Below are positions 16,586 to 24,328 of a stretch of DNA of 64,000 nt, one piece after another; within the stretch, counting starts at the first letter, position 1; each line of letters begins with the position of its first letter. Source of the DNA: Candidatus Bathyarchaeia archaeon. GTDB lineage: Bacteria; Hydrogenedentota; Hydrogenedentia; Hydrogenedentales; SLHB01. The notes beneath the pieces were generated by a model, which had not been told where the DNA came from, made no database searches, and worked only from the letters and a program-made list of their open reading frames with translations. The stretch spans positions 9,830-73,829 of the forward strand of contig DATKVG010000160.1 in NCBI GenBank assembly GCA_035530195.1, read 5' to 3'. The position numbers and the translations under genes are program-made.

Positions 16586-18277
16586 ATGAAAAACCAACGG
16601 TGCAACGACGAAGGCATGGCGCTTCTCCTGGCGACAGTTTTTGTGGCGATCGCCATACTCACGCTGGGCGCGATGATGGTGGGTGTGGTGAGCGAGCGGC
16701 GCCAGGTCGAGTTTTTCGAAAACTACGAAGACTGCATGTACGGGATTGAGTCCGCAATCGCCATGAGTACGGCTTCGCTGGAGGCGGGCACGGGCGGGCT
16801 GATCGGGGTGGCGTCGGGCTCGGGGTTCAATCCCCTGGCCGATGACCCGTTCGAGGAATCCGGGGTAACCCCGCTGACGATAGCCACCATGCCGGGCCTG
16901 GAATACTTTGCCTTTGCCGTCGATTGGAGGTCGGACGGGACCGACAACAACGGCGACGGCAGCATCGACGAGTTTCAAGAATGGTGGTACTTCACCATCT
17001 ACGCCTACGCGCGGCAGATGAGTACGGTGCGGCGGGTCGAGGTGGTGGTTCAGGGCCAGGACGTGAACGTCTGGCGCAATGCGATTTTCGCGGGTTCAGG
17101 CCAGTCGGGCGGGCTGGTCAACGGCAATGTGTCCATCCACGGTTCGGTGCACCTGCTGGGCGACAACGTTCTGCCGGGCGGGGAGGTTCTAACAGCGCTG
17201 GACATAAGCGGCACGAGCCTTATCCACAACAACTATGTGGGGCTGGAAAAAAAGCCGGAGTTGCTTGCCCGCGTGCCGCCGCTTCCCACGACAACGTTCA
17301 ACGGCGAGACCATAGGCACGCTTGAGGCCGTTTTGCGTGTCCGGCACGGTCTGGTGGGGTTGTCGGGCACTTCGGAAATAGGCGAACCGGACGTGGCGGG
17401 TAATACTATCAAGGAAACGATGGACGGCACGTACGTCACCGACGGATGGACCGGCACATCGACGATTGACGACGGCGGGCGCGGCATACCCACCGAGGTA
17501 TACAGCGACAACGGGTACAACGAAACCTATGACCTGGGCGACCGGGTGCCGATGCCGATACTGCAAGACTACTGGCGCGACCCGGTGACGGGCGCGAGAC
17601 AGTGGGACAGTTCCCGCAACGAGTGGTATACGCACGAAAACTACTTCCGGGAAGTTCTCGTGGGCGATCCGGTCAATCCGACGGATGGTCTGATCAATGG
17701 GAACGTGGTGATTGACGCAAAAACGTCAAACTACTACTATAATGCGTCCAGGCCGGCCGACCTCAACCCGGCGAACCGCCAGGCTACAGACGATTACATC
17801 CTGTTCGACTGCGCCACAAACCGGATGGAGCTCAACGGGCAGCTTTACATTAACGGCAACCTGACGCTGACCGGCCAAGGTGGCGACAAGACCATATACT
17901 ACACGGGCCGGGGCGCCATCCTGGTGAACGGCGACGCCACCCTCGATACACATCTAATGACGCTGAACGCCGACGGGACCGTTGCCCTGAGCTATCCGGT
18001 TACCAACTGTTTCGGCATCATGACTAGTGGCGACATGACCGTTGGCTCGACTTCGCAACTAGACATGATGGGCGGTTTTTACGCACAAGGTATCGTGACC
18101 AGCGCCAAACAAACCACGACCATGGGGACGTTTGTCGGGAATTTCTTCAACATGGGCGGCCAAGTGCCTGATATCTACCAGGTGCCCGCGCTGGCGGACA
18201 ACCTGCCGTTCGGCATGATTGGCAACTACCCGATCATGGCTTTTGGCATCGAGTCATGGAGAGAGTTGGGCATATGA
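16586..18277 (+). CDS. Large pilus-associated protein, PilX/GspK-like hydrophobic N-terminus with a beta-rich body
   Basis: The N-terminus is EG|MALLLATVFVAIAILTLGAMMVG with no Glu5. It has SDGTDNNGDGSIDE. The body is repetitive and Gly/Asn/Thr-rich. It starts 4 nt after the upstream stop. Confidence 0.55.
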   Translation: MKNQRCNDEGMALLLATVFVAIAILTLGAMMVGVVSERRQVEFFENYEDCMYGIESAIAMSTASLEAGTGGLIGVASGSGFNPLADDPFEESGVTPLTIATMPGLEYFAFAVDWRSDGTDNNGDGSIDEFQEWWYFTIYAYARQMSTVRRVEVVVQGQDVNVWRNAIFAGSGQSGGLVNGNVSIHGSVHLLGDNVLPGGEVLTALDISGTSLIHNNYVGLEKKPELLARVPPLPTTTFNGETIGTLEAVLRVRHGLVGLSGTSEIGEPDVAGNTIKETMDGTYVTDGWTGTSTIDDGGRGIPTEVYSDNGYNETYDLGDRVPMPILQDYWRDPVTGARQWDSSRNEWYTHENYFREVLVGDPVNPTDGLINGNVVIDAKTSNYYYNASRPADLNPANRQATDDYILFDCATNRMELNGQLYINGNLTLTGQGGDKTIYYTGRGAILVNGDATLDTHLMTLNADGTVALSYPVTNCFGIMTSGDMTVGSTSQLDMMGGFYAQGIVTSAKQTTTMGTFVGNFFNMGGQVPDIYQVPALADNLPFGMIGNYPIMAFGIESWRELGI

Positions 18278-18810
18278 GCGGGAGTGTGTTGAAATCGGCG
18301 CTGGCGGAAATGTGGTACCTGGTGGTGGTCCTGGTGGTGATCTCGCTGGTGGTGGTTTACAAACTGGCAACGGGGGGGGAGGCGGCTCCGGTCGGAGAGA
18401 AGCCCGGGGCTGCCGTGTCGCGGGGTGTGTCCGCGCCGGATATCCCTGTCACGGCCATGCAGATCCCGCGGCGGTCTGAGGAGGAGAAAGCAAGGACCAC
18501 CATTGCCGACTACCAGAAACGGTTCGCGGAAAACGCCCGCGGGAAAGACGCGCCCGCGTACCTGTTGGCGATCGGCAACCTCAACAAACAGAAACTCAAG
18601 AACTTTAAGGAGGCCGCGCGCAACTACGCGCTGCTCATCAACGATTACCCTGAGTGGGAGGGAATCGCTGGCGTGTATCCGCAATTGATAAGTTGCTACG
18701 AACTGCTCAACGACCAGGACGGCCTGCGGTGGCTCTACAGGGAGATGAGGGAGAAGTTCCCGCCCGAATCCAACGAATACAAGTACGCGCAGGCAAAACT
18801 GAATCCGTAA
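18274..18810 (+). CDS. Single-pass membrane protein with a helical (TPR-like) C-terminal region
   Basis: ATGA overlap with the upstream stop, at ATG 18274. The TM helix is WYLVVVLVVISLVVVY. The helical tail is APAYLLAIGNLNKQKLKNFKEAARNYALLINDYP. Confidence 0.55.
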   Translation: MSGSVLKSALAEMWYLVVVLVVISLVVVYKLATGGEAAPVGEKPGAAVSRGVSAPDIPVTAMQIPRRSEEEKARTTIADYQKRFAENARGKDAPAYLLAIGNLNKQKLKNFKEAARNYALLINDYPEWEGIAGVYPQLISCYELLNDQDGLRWLYREMREKFPPESNEYKYAQAKLNP

Positions 18811-18833
18811 TTGCCGACATCGCCGATGCCGGC

Positions 18834-20234
18834 CTACTGATCCTTGACGGGCCACTCTTGGGAAAGTGTTCTTGCGCTTCTTATGAAGGATTGGAGTCGC
18901 TTGACGATCTTCGGGAGGTCGTCTGCGACGTTGTCGGCCTCGCCACGATCCTTTGACAGGTCATACAGCTCGAGCGGCTGTGCGGGCTTGAGCCAGACGG
19001 CTTTCCAATCGCCGACGCGCGCGGCGCGTTTATAGCCGCCTTCGTGAAACTCCCAGTACAGCGGCTTGTGATCGACGGGCGCGGCGTCGAGCAGGTGCGC
19101 CGCGATTGATTGGCCGTCGATGCCTTCCGGCACGCGATCCGGCGTGCCCGCCAGGGCCGCCGCCGTCGGCATGAAATCCCAGAACGCCCAGACGGCGTGC
19201 GATTCGCGCGGCGTGATCCGGCCCGGCCACTTCACCATCGCCGGCACGCGGATGCCGCCGTCGTACAGGTCGCGTTTGATGCCGCGCAACGGGCCGCTGC
19301 TCTTGAAAAAGTCCGGCCGGGCGCCGCCTTCCTTGTGCGTGCCGTTGTCGCTGCTGAAAAAGACGGCCGTATCCTGCTCGATGCCGAGGTCGCGCAGTTT
19401 TTGCATCAGCGCGCCCACGTCCCGGTCGAGCCTCGAGATCATCGCGGCGTGGCCTTTCTGCGGGCCGGGCCAATCTTCGTTAGCGTAGGGGCCGTAGTCA
19501 GGCACTTCCATGCCGTCGCCGGTGGCCCGGCCGCCCTCGTTGTTGGCGTGGGGGACGGTGTAGGCGAGGTAGAGGAAGAACGGCCCGTCCTTATGTTGCC
19601 CGACGTAGTCGATCGCCTCGCGCGTGAACAGGTCGTGGCTGTACTGGGCGCGGCCGGTGCTATAGCCCTTCTGCTCGGTGCTCTCGACGTTACCGTCGAG
19701 CGGCACTTTTTCCTCGTTGCGCCACAGATATTCGGGGTAGTAATTGTGGGCATGGGCCTGGTTGAGGTAGCCGAAGAAATAATCGAACCCTTTTTGGTTG
19801 GGGATGCCGGTGGTGGCGGGTTCGCCGAGGCCCCATTTGCCGATCAAAGCGGTGTGGTAGCCCGCGAATTTGAGCACTTCCGCCACCGTCGTGTCTTCCG
19901 GCAGCAGGGGGACGAGCTTGTTGCCGCGGATTCTGGCGTGGCCGGTGTGCAGGCCCGTCATCAGGCAGCAGCGCGACGGGGCACACACGGTGCTGCCCGC
20001 GTAGCATTGCGTAAACCGGATGCCCTCGCGCGCGAACGCGTCCAGGTTAGGCGTCTTGATCTTTTGCTGGCCATAACAGCCCAGGTCGCCGTACCCCAGG
20101 TCGTCGGCGAGGATGAAGATGATGTTTGGCGGCTTCGGTTGGGCCTGAGCGGGAGATGTGCCCCCGAGGGCGGCCCCGGCAAGGCCGGCCAGGCTTGTTT
20201 TGAACATGCTGCGTCGGGAGATTTTCATGGTCAT
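18834..20234 (-). CDS. Cys-type sulfatase (arylsulfatase A / GalNAc-6-sulfatase-like), TAT/Sec exported
   Basis: PNIIFILADDLGYGDLGCYG and the CAPSRCCLMTG (C-x-P-x-R) motif. The signal is MKISRRSMFKTSLAGLAGAALG. I prefer ATG 20234 (GGAG SD) over TTG 20249. Confidence 0.9.
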   Translation of the reverse strand: MTMKISRRSMFKTSLAGLAGAALGGTSPAQAQPKPPNIIFILADDLGYGDLGCYGQQKIKTPNLDAFAREGIRFTQCYAGSTVCAPSRCCLMTGLHTGHARIRGNKLVPLLPEDTTVAEVLKFAGYHTALIGKWGLGEPATTGIPNQKGFDYFFGYLNQAHAHNYYPEYLWRNEEKVPLDGNVESTEQKGYSTGRAQYSHDLFTREAIDYVGQHKDGPFFLYLAYTVPHANNEGGRATGDGMEVPDYGPYANEDWPGPQKGHAAMISRLDRDVGALMQKLRDLGIEQDTAVFFSSDNGTHKEGGARPDFFKSSGPLRGIKRDLYDGGIRVPAMVKWPGRITPRESHAVWAFWDFMPTAAALAGTPDRVPEGIDGQSIAAHLLDAAPVDHKPLYWEFHEGGYKRAARVGDWKAVWLKPAQPLELYDLSKDRGEADNVADDLPKIVKRLQSFIRSARTLSQEWPVKDQ

Positions 20235-20395
20235 AGTGCTTGGCTCCAAGTTTGAACGCTATGATGCAGCGTGCAGGCCGGGTTGTGCAAGGGGACGACA
20301 CTGTGGACCGTGCAGGCGAGACGCCTGCACTACAATAGACAAAAAGCGGGGACAGAGGGGCTGGTGAGAAAGTCAGGCAACTGAATTGGAAGCAC

Positions 20396-20466
20396 GCGAA
20401 AAGCGGGGACAGACACGCTTTTTTCAAACTGCCGAAAAAAAGCGAGTCAGTCCCCGTTTTTCGCTT
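20396..20466. repeat. 71-bp palindromic REP/MITE-like element, copy A
   Basis: gcgaaaagcggggacagacacgcttttttcaaactgccgaaaaaaagcgagtcagtccccgtttttcgctt. Its reverse complement is near-identical to 57693-57762. It abuts the pheA stop codon. Confidence 0.9.
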
Positions 20467-21535
20467 ATTCCTCGACTTCGCCCTGGGGGTAGGAGCCGAG
20501 GATCTTTATCTCGTTGCAGTATTCGCCGACTTTCTCGAGCACATCGGTCACGGCGGGTTCGGTGACGTGGCCGAGCATGTCGATGAAGAAGACGTATTCC
20601 CAGGCTTTTTTGCGGGACGGGCGGGACTCGATTCTCGTCAGGTTGATGTTGTCTTCGTAGAACGGGAGCAGCAGGCTGTAAAGCGCACCGGGCCGGTCTT
20701 TGACGCTGATGAGGATGGACGTTTTGTCTTTTCCGGTGGGTTTGGCGAGCTGGTGGCCGACCACGAAGAAACGGGTGTAATTGTTGGGCGAGTCTTCGAT
20801 TCGGGCGACGAGGATGTCGAGGTTGTATGTTTGGGCGGCAATCTCGCTGGCGATTGCGGCTGCGCCGGGCTCGCCGTGGGCGATCCGGGCGGCCTCGGCG
20901 GTGCTCGATGTGTCGATGATCTCGGCGTTGGGCAGGTTGGCCCGCAGCCAGTTTCTGCACTGGACAAACGCATTGTCCTTCGAATAGACGCGCTTGATCT
21001 GGTCCATGGGGCAGTTGGCGAGGAGGTTCTGGGTAATCTGCATGAGGACCTCGTTGACAATCTTGAGGTCGGAATTGACGAACCGGTCCAGCGTGTCGTG
21101 TACGCCGCCGCCCATCGAACTCTCGACCGGCACGACACCGTAATCGATCCGTTTCCGCTCGACTTCGGTGAAGATGTCGGACAGCGCGGCGAGCGGATGG
21201 TAATCGGCCGTCACGCCGAACACCCTCATTGCCGCCATGTGGCTGAACGTGTCGCTCGGCCCGAGGAACGCCACCGAGATCTGTTTTTCAAGTGCGCGGA
21301 TGCTGCTGATGACTTCGCGGTAAATCGCTTTGACGGCCTGCTCGGGCAGCGGCCCGCTGTTCTGTTTGCGGAGCTTCTCGAAGACGGCTTTTTCGCGCTC
21401 GGGCACGTAAAACGCGGCGTCGGTGGACCGCTTGATAGCGCCGATATCGACGGCGCATTGGGCCCGCTCGTTGAGCAGCTTGAGGATTTGCTCGTCGAGC
21501 GCGTCGATTTTGGCGCGAATTTCATCCAGGTTCAC
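20465..21535 (-). CDS. pheA: Bifunctional chorismate mutase / prephenate dehydratase (P-protein)
   Basis: The chorismate mutase N-terminus is IDALDEQILKLLNERA. The prephenate dehydratase domain has ISVAFLGPSDTFSHMAA. The ACT domain has TSILISVKDRPGALYSLL..NLTRIESRP. The GTG start overlaps the upstream stop (GTGA). Confidence 0.9.
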   Translation of the reverse strand: MNLDEIRAKIDALDEQILKLLNERAQCAVDIGAIKRSTDAAFYVPEREKAVFEKLRKQNSGPLPEQAVKAIYREVISSIRALEKQISVAFLGPSDTFSHMAAMRVFGVTADYHPLAALSDIFTEVERKRIDYGVVPVESSMGGGVHDTLDRFVNSDLKIVNEVLMQITQNLLANCPMDQIKRVYSKDNAFVQCRNWLRANLPNAEIIDTSSTAEAARIAHGEPGAAAIASEIAAQTYNLDILVARIEDSPNNYTRFFVVGHQLAKPTGKDKTSILISVKDRPGALYSLLLPFYEDNINLTRIESRPSRKKAWEYVFFIDMLGHVTEPAVTDVLEKVGEYCNEIKILGSYPQGEVEE

Positions 21536-23703
21536 TTTTTCTTTCCCTCGATAATCTGCAATGGCGACTGGCTCACCATGAACATTTTCACACTCCCCGA
21601 ATTAAACCGGATCTTCGCACGCAGTTTGTCGCCCGACCCGGTCGTGTACATCACATATCCCCGGCCGAACTTCGGATGGTGCACGGGCGTGCCCGTCTTC
21701 ATCGCCCCTTCCGCCACGGCATCCGCCGCGGCTTCCGGGGGCTGTCCGCCGACGGGCCGCTTCGCCAGCGAGGGACGCCCGGCCGGCATCTCGCGCGGCT
21801 CCTTCCGCACCCGCACCAACTGCCCGCCGATTTCGTGCACAAACCGCGAGAGGGCGCGATCCTCTCTGGCGCCATGCATCATGCGCGACTGGGCCGCCGT
21901 CAGCGTCAGCTTTTTGCGCGCGCGCGTCATCGCCACGTAACACAGCCGCCGCTCTTCTTCAACCTCGCGTTCGGACTCGGCCGTCACGTGCGGCAGCAAT
22001 CCTGCCTCCAACCCTATCAGGAACACCGTGTCGAACTCAAGCCCCTTGGCGCTGTGACAGGTCAGCAACGTGACGGCGCCCTCGCGCACGGCCAGTTCGT
22101 CGGCCTCGCTGTACAGCGCCAAATCCTGCAGGAACTCCACAACCCCGCCCGTCTGCTGCCCGTCGAACTGGGCGCACGCCGACAAGAATTCGTCCACCGT
22201 TTCGAGCCGGGACCGGAAATCCTTCTCGTCGGACTGCCGCAGGTACTCGCGGTACTTTGTCGTGTCGAGAATCAGGTTGACGAGATCGCGCACGGGCATC
22301 CGCTTGCTCTGGTATGCGAGGTCGTCGATCAGATGGACAAACCCGAGCGCCGCATTGCGCATCCGCGGGTTGAGCGTTTGGTCGTGTTCGGTGTCGCGCA
22401 ACACCCCGAGCAGCGGCTCGTTCCGCTCTTTGGCGTATTCCTCGAACCGTTCCATGGTGACGCCGCCGATGCCGCGCGGGGGCACGGCGATGATCCTGCG
22501 CAGCGATTCGTCGTCGGCCGGGTTTACCAGCAGCCGCATGTAGCCGAGCAGGTCCTTGATTTCCTTACGGCTGTAAAACCGCACGCCGCCAACCACGACG
22601 TAGTTCATTCCGCGCCGGCGTAACGCTTCCTCGACCAGGCGCGACTGCCAGTTCGCCCGATACAATACCGCAGACCGTTCCGCGCCATCGCCCAGCTTCT
22701 TCACTTCCTCGACCACCCACTCCGCCTCCTCCTCGGCCGACCCCGCCACGTAAAAGCCCACGGGCTCGCCGTGCTTGTGGGCGGTGTAGAGCGTCTTGCC
22801 GAGCCGGCGCCGGTTGTTTTTTACCAGCTCGTTGGCCGCAGCCAGGATCGGCGCGGTGCTGCGATAGTTCTGTTCGAGCCGAACGACGCGCGCGTTCTCG
22901 AAATCGCGCTCAAAATCGAGGATGTTCCGGATGTTGGCGCCGCGCCACGAGTAGATGCTCTGGTCTTCGTCGCCGACGACGAAGATGTTGCCGTGGCCGT
23001 CGGTGAGCAATCGGGCGATCTCGTACTGCGCCCGGTTGGTGTCCTGGTACTCGTCGACGAGGATGTGTCTGTACCTTCGCCGGTACTTGTCTCGCGCGTC
23101 TTCGTGCTCGCGCAGCAGCCGCACCAGCAGCACGAGCAGGTCGTCGAAATCGAGCGCCGACGCACGCCGCAGCGCGTCGTGGTACTGGTTCCACAACAGC
23201 CGGCACGTCTCCTCGGCGTCATTCGAGCACGGCGCGGAGTCCGGCTCGGCGAGATCCTGTTTGAGGCGGCTGATCCAGCTCACGACGTCGCGCGGCGTCA
23301 GTTTGACGTGCGTCGCGGGCAGGTCGCGAAGGAGCCGCCGCATCAGCGAGAGTTGGTCGGCCTCGTCGAAGATGGTGAACGACGGCCGCAACCCGAGCCG
23401 CTCGATCTCGCGGCGCAGCACGTACAGCGCAAAGGCATGAAACGTGCCCACCCACGACGCCAGCCGTTCCGTTCCCAGCCGGCCCATCACGCGCGCGATG
23501 ACGCGCGCCCGCATCTCGTTGGCCGCGCGGTTCGTGAATGTCAGGGCGAGGATGTTGCGGGGGTCGACGCCGCGCTCTTCGATCAGCCACACGATCCGCT
23601 CGACGATTACGCGCGTCTTGCCGGTTCCCGCGCCCGCCAAAACGAGGGTGGGACCATCGGGGGAAGTCGCTGCGGTGCGTTGCGCTTCGTTGAGTTCAAT
23701 CAT
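21532..23703 (-). CDS. pcrA: UvrD/PcrA/Rep-type ATP-dependent DNA helicase
   Basis: Motifs present are AGAGTGKT, VDEYQDTN, FVVGDEDQSIYSWRGA, TCHSAKGLEF and YVAMTRARKKL. The C-terminus has HPKFGRGYV. Confidence 0.9.
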   Translation of the reverse strand: MIELNEAQRTAATSPDGPTLVLAGAGTGKTRVIVERIVWLIEERGVDPRNILALTFTNRAANEMRARVIARVMGRLGTERLASWVGTFHAFALYVLRREIERLGLRPSFTIFDEADQLSLMRRLLRDLPATHVKLTPRDVVSWISRLKQDLAEPDSAPCSNDAEETCRLLWNQYHDALRRASALDFDDLLVLLVRLLREHEDARDKYRRRYRHILVDEYQDTNRAQYEIARLLTDGHGNIFVVGDEDQSIYSWRGANIRNILDFERDFENARVVRLEQNYRSTAPILAAANELVKNNRRRLGKTLYTAHKHGEPVGFYVAGSAEEEAEWVVEEVKKLGDGAERSAVLYRANWQSRLVEEALRRRGMNYVVVGGVRFYSRKEIKDLLGYMRLLVNPADDESLRRIIAVPPRGIGGVTMERFEEYAKERNEPLLGVLRDTEHDQTLNPRMRNAALGFVHLIDDLAYQSKRMPVRDLVNLILDTTKYREYLRQSDEKDFRSRLETVDEFLSACAQFDGQQTGGVVEFLQDLALYSEADELAVREGAVTLLTCHSAKGLEFDTVFLIGLEAGLLPHVTAESEREVEEERRLCYVAMTRARKKLTLTAAQSRMMHGAREDRALSRFVHEIGGQLVRVRKEPREMPAGRPSLAKRPVGGQPPEAAADAVAEGAMKTGTPVHHPKFGRGYVMYTTGSGDKLRAKIRFNSGSVKMFMVSQSPLQIIEGKKK

Positions 23704-23718
23704 CTTTGAATTTTAACC

Positions 23719-23745
23719 ACAAAGAGTACAAAGAGTACAAAGAGT
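23719..23745. repeat. Perfect 9-bp tandem repeat ACAAAGAGT x3
   Basis: Read directly. It lies 16 nt upstream of the helicase start, in a divergent promoter region. Confidence 0.9.
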
Positions 23746-23813
23746 AACCCCGATTCCTTGCGCCGGATGTTCAAACCCTGCATAATCCGGCAAAACAATA
23801 AGGAGGCTGCCTG

Positions 23814-24260
23814 ATGGGTGCCGACCAAACCGAGGCGCACTACCGCAAGCTGGAAAACATGTACCTTGGGGCGCCCGTCAACGCCTACTACAAGCCGCAA
23901 ATCCGCATCGGGCAGGGGCGAGCAGACCTGGTGTTTCCGGTCCGCCACGACCTCTACCACGCGGCCAACGCGGTTCACGGCGCCTCATATTTCAAAGCTA
24001 TTGACGATGCGGCGTTCTTCGCAGCCAACAGCCTGGTGTTCGACGTGTTCCTGCTGACGGCGAGCCTCACCTGCTACCTCGTGCGGCCGATTACCGAAGG
24101 CGAAATCCGGGCGGCGGGCTGCGCCGTTTGCGAGACACGGTCGGTCATCCTCGCCGAAACCGTCCTTACCGATTCCGGCGGCAATGAGATCGGCCGGGGC
24201 TCGGGCAGTTTCGTGCGGAGCAAAACCAAGCTGGACTCGGTTCCCGGTTACGGCAATTAG
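23814..24260 (+). CDS. PaaI/hotdog-fold thioesterase family protein
   Basis: AAGGAGG SD. The 148-aa protein has NAVHGASYFKAIDDAAFFAA and GRGSGSF in a hotdog-like pattern. Confidence 0.55.
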   Translation: MGADQTEAHYRKLENMYLGAPVNAYYKPQIRIGQGRADLVFPVRHDLYHAANAVHGASYFKAIDDAAFFAANSLVFDVFLLTASLTCYLVRPITEGEIRAAGCAVCETRSVILAETVLTDSGGNEIGRGSGSFVRSKTKLDSVPGYGN

Positions 24261-24265
24261 CCTCA

Positions 24266-24323
24266 AAAGAACGCAAAGAGCACAAAGATCTATTCTTGAC
24301 TCTTTGTGATCTCTGCGTTCTTT
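24266..24323. terminator. 23-bp-stem inverted repeat sitting exactly between convergent stop codons (bidirectional terminator candidate)
   Basis: The arms 24266-24288 and 24301-24323 pair at 21 of 23 positions around a 12-nt loop. No clear U-tract. Confidence 0.5.
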
Positions 24324-24328
24324 GTGGC

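Noticed and set aside
13701-18810. tRNA-Ser-adjacent genomic island containing the EBP/pseudopilin block
   Set aside because: There is no integrase. I found no direct repeat of the tRNA 3' end near 18.8 kb. There is no obvious compositional break by eye.
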